A stretch of DNA of 64,000 nucleotides from Rhizophagus irregularis (Eukaryota): contig NC_089435.1 in the NCBI RefSeq assembly GCF_026210795.1, forward strand, positions 5,208,001 to 5,272,000, written 5' to 3'. The notes beneath the pieces are model-generated. The model saw only the letters and a list, made by a program, of their open reading frames with translations. It did not search any database and was not told where the DNA came from. Of this stretch, positions 25,686 to 38,647 are shown piece after piece (the first letter of the stretch is position 1; each line of letters starts with the position of its first letter). The position numbers were made by a program, and so were the translations under genes.

Positions 25686-27214
25686 ATGGTAATTAAAAAG
25701 CATATTTCTATTTTCTTTTTTTTTTGAAATAAATAGATAAACTAATAAAAAAAATTGATATTTTAAGGAAACCTTATCAACTAGCTCAAATAATTCTACT
25801 AAAACGAACAAGTTAACAACATATGAACGATTTGTTATTCCTACAAATAAAGATTTACAAGCTATTCAAGCTTATTCTCACGTTGCTAATACAGATGATA
25901 GTACTAAAACTTGGATGAATCTTTTTAATTCCTATAGAGAAGCAGCCAATTTTACTAATTCTCTTGAACTATTGGATGATACTACATTATAAGAACAGCT
26001 TTGTCAATTTTTTTGTGGTGTTAGAAAATCAGGAAAAAAAGAATATGCACCTTCTTCATTACATGTAGGCTTTGCTGCAATTGCTAGAGGATTGTCAGAT
26101 ATTTTTTATCCAAATAGAATTATTAATATTCGATGATAAACACAAATGGAAACGATTACATGAAATTTTTGATGGTCGAATTAAACAAATTCAAGACAAT
26201 CAAGATACATCCCGTAAGAAAACTGATGCACTTGAAATGTGTGAGATTAAAACTATCCTTGATTCACCAAATATACAAACTGATACACCAAAGGGTCTTA
26301 CATACTGTGTTTGGTTTTGGTTAACACTTCTTTGCAATCTGCGTAGTGGTGATCCAAAAAGACTAAAAAATTCCTGGATTGTTCTCAATGAAGATCACAG
26401 TATTGAAGTAAATATACCTCGTGAGAAAAATAATGCAGGAGGTGCCAAAAATCCTTACAATTCTGGTCAGCATAATTATATTCCTCCAGATCTACCAAAT
26501 AATTATTCACCAGTGGCAGATATTCTATTATATCAATCTAAAAGACCAAAAAACTGCAAAACTTCAGAGTTTTTTTTAAAAATAAATACACCACGAGAAA
26601 TATATCATGGTAATTGGTTTTCTGATTTAAAACTTGGCAAAAATTCTCATGATAATATGCTTAAAAATATTGTGGCAGATTGTAAAATTGATGCAAATGG
26701 ACGTAATCTTGTCAATCATTCAATGCGTTCAACTGGAATTTCTTTATGGATGTTACTTGGTATATCTCATGCAGAACAGATGGATATTACAGGACATAGA
26801 ACACTTGCTGGGATTTCTGCATATTCAACTTCAACTGCTCAACAAAGAAAAAAAAATGTTTCACTTCTTATTCCCCAAAAAAGAAATGCGGATGATCTTA
26901 ATGAAGAATGTTTAACTAAAAATTTTTCTAACAAAAAACAAAATCCTTTAAAAGAAAATACATCGGGAAATCAAGGTACCATAATTTTCCATATTTATTT
27001 TTTTACTTTTAATCTGAAAAATTACATATTTTTTTTAGGTTTTATTCCTGCTTCTCAATTATTACGATATGATCAACTTGAAATACAATCTTTAGAACAA
27101 GACCATAAAATAACTCAAGATTCATCAAAATTACCAATAATTAATATTGAAAATATTAATATTCAAAATTGTAATAATATAAAAGTAGAAGTTATTGTTA
27201 AACCATTTGAATAG
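25686..27214 (+). pseudogene. Crypton-type tyrosine recombinase (DUF3504-like)
   Basis: ATG at 25686; introns 25689-25767 and probably 26976-27038. N-terminal NTDDSTKTW...LCQFFCGVRKSGKKEYAPSSL. Catalytic set LRSGD, EKNN, HSMR, GHRT and AY (R-K-HxxR-H-Y). One TAA at 25990 and a frameshift near 26130. Confidence 0.85.
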
Positions 27215-27699
27215 TTAAATAAATAGTGTAGTAATGTAATTTTATATATTTGTAATAATGAAAAAATAATTTGAGGAGTATAAAAAAGTTTATTGCTATG
27301 AAAAAAACCGTATAAAAATTTCATGGGAAAAAAAAGCTTATACTTTTAATTAGGGAAATTACAATGTTCTATATCATAAGTCACACTTAGTGCGACAGGG
27401 TATAACTTTACGAAAAGCCCCTCCTTTGTAAACAGGTAGAGGCCATAAAGTACCTATAGGGGGAGAGCCATTGCTGCTCCCTCCGCCTGTTTATAGTGAC
27501 AAAAAGAGGGAATCTTCAGTAGTAAGGTTTTGTATAAATTAAACAACACATCGTGTTGATACATTGTTAATATTAACAATGTGAATTTAATGTTAAATAA
27601 TGCGTTAGAATATAAATATTATAAATTTAATAATGTCCGTAATTTTACAAATAAATAAAAATTATCCTAACAATTTTAATGTAATTAAGTGTAATGCTA

Positions 27700-28640
27700 C
27701 ATTATCCTGTGTAATTGTAGTATTTTTTTGTGTTTTTTAGTGCAATTCCACGTTTTTTAGTGCAATTTTGCGTTTTTAGTGCAATTCTGCGTTTTTTAGT
27801 GCAATTCCACATTTTTTAGTGCAATTCCGCATTTTTTTAGTGCAATTCCGCATTTTTTAGTGCAATTCCGCATTTTCTAGCATAATGTTACATAATACGA
27901 AATTTTCTAAAAAATATGATAATTGTGGTACTTTTTAGCGTAATGCTACATTGTCTAGTGTAATTGTGGTATTTTTTAGTGCAATGCCGCATAATTTAGT
28001 ATAGTGCTACATTTTTTAGTATAATTTAATGTAATGTGGAATTTTCCAAAAAATGTGATAATTGTGATGCTTTTTAGTATAATTTGGTGAAATGCTAAAT
28101 TTTCCAGTGTAATGCCATATTATTGAGCATTTTCAAAAAAAAAATGTAACATTTTAACATTCTGACGAAAGTGAAACATTTGACCAAAAAAACATAAAAT
28201 TTGCTAAAAATATGCAACATTTGACAAAAAATATAGAATTTTCATAAAAAAATGCACCATTTGCTAGGAAATCGAAATATTTGATAAAATTTGATTTTAA
28301 TTGACAATGTTATAACAATTTTATGAAATGTTGTTATAATGATATCACATTGGAGATAAAATGTGGAATTTTCATAAAAATGCACCATTTGCAAGAAAAT
28401 TGAAACATTTAACAAAAAAAAAGCAAAATTTAATTTTAATTGACAATGTTATAACAATTTTATGAAATGTTACAAAATGTTACATTTGAGATATAATGTA
28501 GCATTTTCCCAAATTTTCATAAAATTTGCTAAATCGGACAATGTTGTAATAATGCTATTCCAAAAAATTGCTCAGCGTAATGCAGCATTTTCCACAATTT
28601 CCCACCATTTTCCAGAAAAATGTGGAATTTGCATTTTTTG
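27700..28640. repeat. 20-bp tandem / subterminal repeat region
   Basis: Unit gtgcaattccgcatttttta at 27735-27880 with diverged derivatives downstream. Confidence 0.7.
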
Positions 28641-29485
28641 AATTTTGGACAATGGTGCCCCTTCGACCTGTGATCTTTATGAAACGCCGAAAAGCTATGT
28701 AGGAAAAATAGAAGAGGAATCACGTGAACAACAAACAACAACAGTCTCACCCTTAGCTTTGCTGGATGATCATTCAATGGAAATAAAAATTTTAGAGGAA
28801 CCCAAACACCAATCACCAGTGGTACCCTTGTGACATAAACAAAATTTAATGTATAAACTCAGCTGTATATCCCAAGAGGAAAGAAGTGTGTGACATATGC
28901 TGAAATCACAAAAGGTTCTAGTTCTGATAATTTTCAGCTTACATTACCATTCTCTTTAAAAAAATGGAACACTCAAAAGACTTCACCCAAAAGTAGTACA
29001 GTAGCAGCAGAATACCAAGAAACCTAAATTTATACTAGAAAGAATGATTTCGACTGTTATGACTGGATATCTGCCACAAAATAAGACTTGTGTCTGTGAA
29101 ATAGTCATTTATGATATCCCCTCAACCATGTCGCAACTTGATATTCTTATGAACCTAGGGAAATGGGGTCAAGTAATTGCATTCAAAGTTAAGATGTAAA
29201 AGAAGTATTCAACTGTAACTGTGTCTATAGACTTCAACAAGTAAACTTTGCTTAATTGGAATAACAGAGTTTGGACTGCTCCATTTGGAAGACTGCCTGT
29301 ACGATAGTTTTCTGCATCCTGGAATTTGAAGCAACGCAAAGAGCAAAAAAAATTCCAGGCCGTTGTTATGGATGTACCCAAATCTGTTACTAACAATATT
29401 ATTTACAATGCAGCGAATCCAGCCTAATCAATGCTATCACAATTAGATGGTACTTTAGCATTCAAAATTATTTAAGATCATGGAC

Positions 29486-30376
29486 TAGAGCTCCGAACAG
29501 GTCAGCCAAATTCAGGTAATCTGACCTGACCTGACCTGACCTGAAATTCAGGTCAGGTATGAGATTTTTAAAAAAAATTCAGGTCAGGTATGAAGATTGA
29601 CCTGACCTGATTGACCTGTTAACCTGAAACTATTGATTCTACTATATAATAAAAGTGAGTTGCGGTATTGCGATTCACTTTTTTATATAGATTCTATATA
29701 ATAAAAGTGAGTTGCGGTATTGCGATTCACTTTTTTATATAGATTCTATATAATAAAAGTGAGTTGCGGTATTGCGATTCACTTTTTTATATAGATTCTA
29801 TATAATAAAAGTGAGTTGCGATATTGCGATTCACTTTTTTATATAGAATCTATATAATAAAAGTGAGTTGCAATACCGCAACTCACTTTTGTTATACAAA
29901 ATCAATATAAAAAAGTGAATTGCAGTATTGGGATTCACTTTTTTATATGATTTTAATATAAAAATGTTGAATCACAATATTTTGAGAAAAAACGTTGCGA
30001 AAACGTTTTTTCATAATATTATATTAAAAAAATGTTTCGTAACATTTTTTTTTTGATATTTCAATATTAAATAACGTTGCGAAAACATTTTTTTCATAAT
30101 GTTATATTAAAAAAAACGTTTTGCAATATTTTTTTCAATATTTTAATAAAAAACGTTGCAAAAACGTTTTTTTTCATAATATTATATTAAAAAAAAAAAG
30201 GTTTGTACCATTTTTTTTCAATACTTTAATAAAAATAGTCCTGAAATTTTTCAGGTTTCAGGTCAGGTCAGATCAAACAGACAACCTGATATAACCTGAC
30301 TTGACCTTACCTGAAAAAAAATTTCAGGTCAGGTTTATCAATTAACCTGACCTGACCTAACCTATTCAGAGCTCTA
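29486..30376. mobile_element. hAT MITE, TAGAGCTC family
   Basis: TIR tagagctccgaa / ttcagagctcta; perfect TSD tcatggac; cctga subterminal repeats; internal ~54-bp hairpin tandem at 29640-29950. Confidence 0.95.
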
Positions 30377-31139
30377 TCATGGACGAAAGAAGTTGATTGT
30401 ATATTTTGACACTTAGGTTAGTTTGGATAAAACACTCAATACAGAATTCACTTTGAAGAATTTAAAGGTATTTGGACTAGATATTTTTCGTCCACCTTGA
30501 ATCGGCTTAAAAATAAACTACCAAAAAAGACAGATTCTACTCAAAAGTAGAACTAAGAGAAGATTCTGAATGTTATGCAGAATGTGAATAAATCCAATAA
30601 TAGACAGCTTAAGAAAGGGAAGTCTTTTGAAAAAAAAAAGCAATCTACTTCAAATAACAAGGCTTCAATGGTAACGACAAACTTATGATTTTGGCTGAAA
30701 TTCAAACGTTGCTAAGATCATTGACCAACTGACGAGAATACTAGGCCAAATAAGGAAAAATGGGATTATGGAATGCTCGCTATTATATATATAAATATTA
30801 ACCCTTTTTTTTTACCCTGTTTTTTTTTGTTTAAATCCTTTTTTTTTTCTACTGTTTCATAATGGGTCTTGCTGAAATTTCCTTATAGGTGTAAACTGAG
30901 AAGAGGGAATCCCCTCTAAGAACAAATATACACTTAACACAGAAAGTACTCTCATAGCCTAAATTCTACTTGACAGTGTACATGTGGAATCCTTTTCAGG
31001 ATGATGAGTGGTTTAGTTTCTACTGATTATTAGTTTACTCTTTTCATTTTCATTTGTATGATGTATTATGATTATATTATTCTAATAAAGAAACTAAATA
31101 TGTTGCAGTAAAAAAAAAATAATAAATAAAATGTTTTCA

Positions 31140-32190
31140 CATTTTCATTACAACTACTACATAATGGATATACTAACTTAAAATTTTCTTGTAAATTTTG
31201 AAGTACAGTTACAAAATCATTATTCGTAAAGTTCCAAACAGGTTGACTAAATTCAGGTAACCTGACAGGTTGACCTGAATTTTTCAGGTCAGGTTTAATA
31301 ATTGCAATTCAGCATCAGTTCAGATTATAACATCAATATAACCTAAATGACCTGTTAACTTGAAACTATAATTTTATATAATAAGAAGCATACGGTATTA
31401 TAATTTACTTTTTATATTGATCTTATATAATAAAAGTGAATTGTGATATTGGGATTCACTCTTTTTTATATTGATTTTATATAATAAAAATAAGTTGCGA
31501 TATTAAAATTCACTTTTTTATATCGATTTTATATATAAAAAGTGAATTGCGGTATCAGAATTCACTTTTTTTTATATTGAAAAGTTAGTTGTGGTATTGT
31601 GATTCACCTTTTTATACAATTTTAATATAAAAAACTGAATTGCAATATTTTAAAAAAAATGTTTTACACCATTTTTTTTTTGATATTTTAATATAAATCC
31701 TGAAAATTTTCAGGTTTCAGTTCAGATTAGGTCAAACAGATAATCTGATATAACCTAACCTGATCTGACCCATTTGGAACTCTAATTATTCACATCACAC
31801 CAATAGCAGATAGGAATATTTTCTGCTTTTTTTGAGATATAATAAAGCAATTCAATAAGCGAATCACAGGAAATTTGAATTTTAACAAAAACCTTTTGTA
31901 CTAAACTATAATCATCCAAAAAAATTAGGGATCCACAGAAATATGTGTTAATTTGTAGCGTAAATTCTAAATCTTGTTTTTCTTGTTCTGTTAATTTTAA
32001 TTCACTATAAAGGCATTGTATTTTTTCATATGAATTACATTTTATATAATCTTTGATTTTGGTAGAAATAAGGATATTACTTGGTGCTAGCTCAGTTTTA
32101 GAATTTAAATTAATTAAAGAAGAACAGAATTTTTCTGTTGTAAGTTTGCCATATAAATTTGCAAATGTTTCATAATGATCAGAATTATCT
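31140..32190 (-). pseudogene. Cys-rich C-terminal remnant of a DNA transposase-like protein
   Basis: Minus translation HYETFANLYGK...DYIKC...CLYSELKL...YFCGS...CDSLIELLYY...ICYWC|...YPLCSSC, continuous across the 31227-31784 MITE. Family uncertain. Confidence 0.45.
31227..31784. mobile_element. hAT MITE, TAGAGCTC-related, more decayed
   Basis: TIR taaagttccaaa / tttggaactcta; TSD attattcg / attattca. Confidence 0.85.
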
Positions 32191-32449
32191 ATTTAAAAAG
32201 TAATATTTTAATAATATTTTAGTAATATTTTATTGTTGAATATAAATATCACAAAGAATACCTTATGAAGTTATGATAGTATTGGATCAGACAAAAAATA
32301 TAAATTCTGAAAAACATCAATTGGAATTTTGATGGGATAATAAACTTTGCAGGAAGGTTAATTACATTTTTTAATCTAAAAAATTTGAAAATACAGTTAA
32401 ACCTTGATATAGCGAACTCTTGATATAGTAAATTTTTCAGACAACTATA

Positions 32450-32971
32450 CATCAGGAAATTTGTTTAGGCGTAATTTAGTATAATATTTTGGAGGTGATG
32501 TAAAATTTTGAAATATTACACTAAAAACGTAATATTACAAAAGTTTACACTCTTAAATTTGAATAATTATAGTAATTTAATAATATCTCGCTATCTATTG
32601 ATCAAATCAGGATGATCTATAGCTCATCGGAATCAGCTCATCAAGACGAATCAAATGGTAGTAAAATCACATTTTTACAGCTGATAGAATGCTCTATAGT
32701 ATGCAATAAATAAAGTTTTAAATTTATAGAAAGTCATCTATCAAATGTAAAGATATGATTTTACTACCATTCGATTCGTTATAATGAGCTGATTCCAATG
32801 AACTATAGATCGTTTTGATTGGATCAGTAAATAGCGAGATATAAATTACTATAATTATTTAAATTTAAGAGTGTAAACTTTTGTAATATTACGTTTTTAG
32901 TGTAATATTTCAAAATTTTACATCACCTCCAAAATATTACACTAAATTACGCTTAAACAAATTTCCTGATA
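32450..32971. mobile_element. Foldback MITE, CATCAGG family
   Basis: Near end-to-end palindrome starting catcaggaaatttgtttaggcg; second copy at 55208-55718. Confidence 0.9.
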
Positions 32972-34474
32972 TTTGAAGTTCCTTTTTTTTACTTTTTTTA
33001 ACAATCATTATACTAATAATTATTTATTCTTTTATGTTTAAATTCTGGATGCTAGATTATATATTTTAAAGCTACTTGCTTCAAAATTTTTTTCATTTGT
33101 AGGTCTCCATTGTTTATTGGAATTAAACCAATTGGAACAATGTCCAAACTATTAACAACATATAAATTTATAATATAGAATAATTAATGTAATTTAATTG
33201 ATTTGTACATATAATTTGTAATGCTTTTATTAAATAAATTAAAAAGTTGACACTAGTTAACATTTAATAGTAGATAACTGAACTTAAGTTGTTTTGAAAA
33301 ATTTTGAAGATTTATTTTTAAAATTCTACGCAGATTTTTTAACATTTGCAAATCTGCGCAGATTTTAATAAAAATTTTTCTCCAACATATATTAACAGGG
33401 TAGTAGATCTGCACAGAAATTTAGGCCAAAGATCTTTACACTTTTTACCCTAAAAAATTTACTGATGATTTGTAATACTTTTGTGAAATGTGAATATGTA
33501 CAAAAAACTTAGAATTTTTTCTATTTTATTTGTTATTTGTTAAAATCAAACCAACTGAAATAATGTTCTAAACTATTAATAATATATGAATTTGAAGTAA
33601 AAAAGATGACGGAACTTTGATTTTAATGCATTTAATAATTTTTTTTCTTTGATAACCTTCAATATGTAATAGATTTTCATATAATTTTTTTTAATTTTGT
33701 AAATATTATTAAATATGGTTTAATAAAAAGATTTCAGTTTATAAATGAATTAATTAAAACTTTAAATAGTCTGGATTGATTTGGATTAAAAAAACCTGAG
33801 ATCAGACTAAAAAAATCAGTCCAGTCCCAGATTATCTTTTAACATAAACTGGACTAGACCAAAATAAACCAATTATTTTGATCCAGTTTGGTCTAGTTTT
33901 ATAATAAAAAAATATTTGCATTTTTTTTATAATAATATATTAAAAAAAATGTTTTCACAATATTTTTTCATTAAATTAATTAAAAAAATATTGCATGAAT
34001 ATTTTTATAATTAAAATTACTTTGAAAAAATATTTCATAACATTTTTTTATTAAATTATTATAGAAATGTTGTGAAAACATTTTTAATTAAAATTACTTT
34101 AAAAAAAATTTCACAATGTTTTTTGTTAAACCATTTTTTTATAATAATATATTGAAAAAAACGTTTTCACACGTTTTTTTATTAAATTAATTAAAAAAAA
34201 TATTGTGAAAATAGTTTTTTCATTTTTTTCATTAAATTAATTATAAAAACATTGTGTAAATATTTTTTATAATAATATATTAAAAAAAAAACATTTTGCA
34301 CCATTTTTTTTTATTTAATAATTAAACAATTGAACATTTATTGATTAGATTTATAACCTGAAATCGGATCAGATTAGACTGAATATTTTGATTCATATTG
34401 AAACATCAACCCAGACTAGTGGTCCAATCTGGATATCCATTTATCTGTGAACAGATAATTCGTGACCTCCATCA

Positions 34475-34836
34475 CATTGGTCAAAAACTAATATATCGGG
34501 TAGCAGATATATATCAAATATGTACCCGATATGTATAGTATTAATGCAGAAAATTGGGTACCCAATATGTGTAAGATATGTGTAAATATATATATTATAT
34601 ACGTATTATTTACGTATAAATATACGTATCGATACAGATATGTATATGATACGTGCAAAATCGCACCCAATATGTAGCATACGTGTAAATATATATATTA
34701 TATACATATTATTTACATATCATATACATATCGGTACCCGATATGTATATGATATATATATATACATATATCTTACACATATCGGGTACATATCTGATAC
34801 ATATCTGCTACCCGATATATTGGTTTTTGACCAGTG
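34475..34836. mobile_element. CACTG-family palindromic MITE nested in the hAT end
   Basis: cattggtcaaaaac / gtttttgaccagtg; flanks tca / tta; interior related to 14474-14752. Confidence 0.8.
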
Positions 34837-35157
34837 TTACAGATATGGATTTCTACCAATAAAAAATCTGGATAAATTTGTGTAGATAAATTCAATTCAC
34901 AGATAATCCAGATTGCAGATTTATCCAGATAATAACATAATAAACAGATAATAACGGATAAAACGGATAAAAAAATTTATTATTATAATTGAAAAGTTGA
35001 AACAATAGTCAGTATGGTTTATTATTTTATTGTTGTTTATTATTTTATTATCCATTATTATATCACAATACGATGTAAAAAATAAAGTTTCAAAAAAATA
35101 AAAGAATGAAAAGATTTAAATACTTTTTGTGTAACTTTGTCATATTAATCGGCATAA

Positions 35158-37531
35158 TTAATATTTTAAAGGAAAAATCCCTCCAACTAAACGCCAATTC
35201 TTCTTACAAAACACCAAATTTTCCAACATATTTGATGCCAACTGTGTTCTTTTTATGGTCATAACATTGCCAGCTTCGCTAAAAAGTCTTTCACTTGGAG
35301 TGGATGTGGCGGGAATGGCCAAATACTTTCTTGCTAATTTTGATAGTACCGGAAATCTTGTTTTATTAGTTTTCCACCATGTTAAAGGACAATCGTCATG
35401 ATGAATCTTAGGTAAAGCTAAATAATTAGCTACTTCATTAACGTGAGTAACATTATCTTGAAATATTCTTGCTAATAATGAATTTAATGAAACTGGTTGT
35501 AATTCAACTTCTTGATTTTCACCAGTTAATATCCTTATATCTTGATATGCATTTCTTAATTGCTCTTGAGATCTAAGGTGCAATGAATTAGACGTAAATC
35601 CAAGTTCTTTAAATCGTGAATCCAATAAAGCAGCCAACATCCCTTGTTCCTGTGGAACTTCCCAATAATGATTCATTGCTTAGTATAATGCTACTTTAAC
35701 ACGCTTATCAAGATTGATGCAATTTTGTGGCATATTAATATTAATTTTTCTACGTATAGGTTGTCCAGAAATAGGTTCATCTTCTGGTGCATCTTTATAG
35801 CCAACATCATCATCAAATGCCATATTTTGACTGGTTAAATCTATAACTTCCACATCTGAATTATCATCTGGTAAAATTTTTTAATTAATTATTGTTAATA
35901 CATTATACATTAAACTAATGGTTGTGTATTTACTCCCGCCTAAATATTCAGTTGCTCTGGCAAAATCTTTCAAAATTATAATTAATTTACTGATTTTTTG
36001 CCATTCATTTTCTGTTAAATTTATTTTTTTTAGTCATTTTTCCATCACGCCGTGTTGAAGCATCAGGATCAATCAACATAGTAGATGCCAGGACATCAAT
36101 AAGATCTTTGATTTTTATTAAACGTTTCCATGCAAGATAGCTAGAATTCCACTGAGTTTCTACATCAGCAATCATTTGGAGGTATTCATCATTATTTTCT
36201 AAATTCTATAATAAAATAATTTTTTGAAGAAAATACATTAATTAATACTAAATAAATTGATTTAATAAAATGGAGTGCATTTTTTTAGCATAATAGAGTA
36301 ATAAATAATCTAATAAATTAGTAATAAATAAAAATTTAATTACCTCATTATTATTAAAATGGTTGGTATTTTTTTGAATCTCCAGTAATTTTTCCGTTTA
36401 TTTAGGTGATGTAAAAAAATTTATTAGTCTTTTAGCTCGTGCAATTAAAACTTCTGCTGGTATTAATCCTTTACCTACAACAAGCTGTAATGTATGAGCT
36501 GTACAGGGGAGTCTTGTAAGTTCATTCATTAATTTTTCAGCTTTTACCATATTGGGTCGTCATTGTAAAGACTTTACCATTTAAATTTCAATTTGAAATA
36601 ATATCACGTAATACTTCATAAATATTATCACCTGTATGAGAATATGGAATGTATTGAACTGCTAAAATTGCTTCGCAGATATTAAAATTGTTATCAATAA
36701 AAGAATACGTAACACCAATATATCCATCTATTTCTACTTCGTGCTGTCCATAAGTCCGTTATGATAGAATAAGAAATAACATCTTTACTAAATTTTTTTG
36801 TTAAAACAACCTTGATTTGATTGTATGACTCAGCTATTAGTTGTTGAATTGTTTTATCACTTGGAATTTGATAGTTTGGATCAAGTTCTGAATAAATTCG
36901 ACAAAACCGTTCATCATTATATACTGGAATGTCATTATCTTTAATCAATATTCCAACAAACTTCCGTCCTGACTATTTTTAATGTAGGATTATTTCAAAT
37001 AATTTCATCATACGGGTTTGTGATAGCTGATTGTTATTTCGTATTTCACTCATCCTTCTTCTATGGCTTTCTTCAGTAATTCTATGTGTAGAAAGATGAA
37101 CAATAAAATTGCCAGTAGAATTATCAGAACCCATAAAATGACTACATGATTCTACACCATTTTTCTGTTGAACTTGAACTAAACACTTTACAATCCTTCT
37201 ATATTGTTCAGTTGGTTCATATTGTTCAAAGTAACTCCATATCCAACTCTATCCTGGTGGTTTAGCATTTGGAATTAAAACTAGTTGGTTAGCTATTTTA
37301 TTTAAATCAGTTTTGTTGAAACTTTATTGCGTTTCTTATTATTCTTGCCAGTTTTATGCTGGTTATTTGTAGAATCCGTGTCTGACTCTGGCTCAATTAA
37401 AGGTCCATTTGGAGCTAAATTTTGCTGATTTAATAGTTCACATACCTTTCGCCTTCGGCCTTTTTGAACCACAAGTTAAGTGGTTTTAAGATTTTCTGGC
37501 TGCGAATATCTGCCAACTCCTCACTAGACAT
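35158..37531 (-). pseudogene. hAT transposase pseudogene (BED finger, catalytic core, C-terminal dimerisation domain)
   Basis: WIWSYF...KC...C...HLSTH BED finger; ITDLWT; PCTAHTLQL; WWK...FPVLSKLARKYLAIPATSTPSERLFS; multiple frameshifts. Confidence 0.9.
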
Positions 37532-38647
37532 TATTATAACAAAGACTAGACTATAATAAGCCTTTTTTTAATCACTGACGCGCATTTTTTGATCAACAAA
37601 GTTACACAAAATTAATATATATCTGTATAGATATCCATGGATATTTGTATATCTGTAATCTTTTATCTGTTATTTAAAATTAATATTCAGATATCTGTGT
37701 ACCCGTATGGATATCCAGATTTCATATTCACAGATTAAACCACTAACCCAGACCTGACCAATCTGAATTTTCAGGCCAGATTGCCAGATTAGGACTGGAC
37801 CAATTAGAGCTTTAAAATTAATTAATGCAACATTCAATAATAATTTTTGTTTAATATTTTGAAGATTTATTTTTAAAATTCTGTATAGATTTTTTAATAT
37901 TTGCAGATCTGCGTAGATTTTATTAAAAATTTTTCTCTGATATGCATTGACAGGATAGCAAATCTGCGTAGAAATTTAGACCAGAGATCGTTGCAAATTT
38001 TTACCTTAAAAAATTTACTGATATATCTTTTTATTTCTGTATATTATAGAGGTTTAACAAATTTTAAAAATAAATGAAAAATGGTTAAACTTTATTTTCT
38101 ACAAATTTAATAAGATTTTAATTTAATATATTAATAATAGGCTAATTTATTTAATATTTTAATATTTAAATTTTATTTAATATTTGTATAATTATACAAA
38201 CATTTATGTAATCTGAAATCAATCAATTTGCCAATAAATTTGTCTACCAAATTATATTAAAATACTAAAATTCATACCATCCATAAGTAGTTATTTTAAG
38301 CTCTTCTAATTTAATATATATTTGAATAATAGTAAGGTATGAAATACTAAATTTTGTATATAAAAAGAATGCATAAATATTATCCAAATTTTTTATTACT
38401 AGTTAAATTAGCTAAATAGAATAAAAATAATCTAAGATATAGGAATTAGGATTTAATAAAGTTTGAAAATATCCATTTAATTTCAATAAATCACTCTATT
38501 TACTTTTATATTTTTTGTTCTATTGATTTAATAACAATATATGGTCATAATATGATTTATATGTACTAATTTTTTCCACTAATGTTAAATAAAGGTTTGA
38601 TAAGAAGATTGCTATTTTTAGTATTTTGATTATAATCATGAATTATT

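Larger units (their letters stand above)
27410..31120 (+). mobile_element. Degenerate non-LTR retroelement remnant (ORF1-like region, A-rich tail)
   Basis: Stop-riddled frame ~29100-30730 (IVIYDIPSTM...WGQVIAFK...ASWNLKQRKEQKKFQA), GC-richer ends and an A-run at ~31109. No RT seen. Family recalled, not searched. Confidence 0.5.
34417..37745 (-). mobile_element. Full-length decayed hAT transposon
   Basis: TIR tagtggtccaatctg / cagattaaaccacta; perfect 8-bp TSD acccagac. Confidence 0.92.
33755..37814. mobile_element. Decayed hAT MITE hosting a nested hAT element
   Basis: Ends taaaactttaaa / ttagagcttta; TSD gaattaat / aaattaat; interior resembles the TAGAGCTC family. Confidence 0.6.

Noticed and set aside
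28660..28725. Hammerhead ribozyme core
   Set aside because: ctttatga...cgaaa does not match CUGAUGA and I could not build the three stems.
30995..31030. C/D box snoRNA (ATGATGA...CTGA)
   Set aside because: Boxes only about 15 nt apart and no recognisable guide sequence.
32392..32449. Complete pogo/Tc1-like element starting tacagttaaaccttgatatagcgaac
   Set aside because: Only one end is visible; no matching terminus found.
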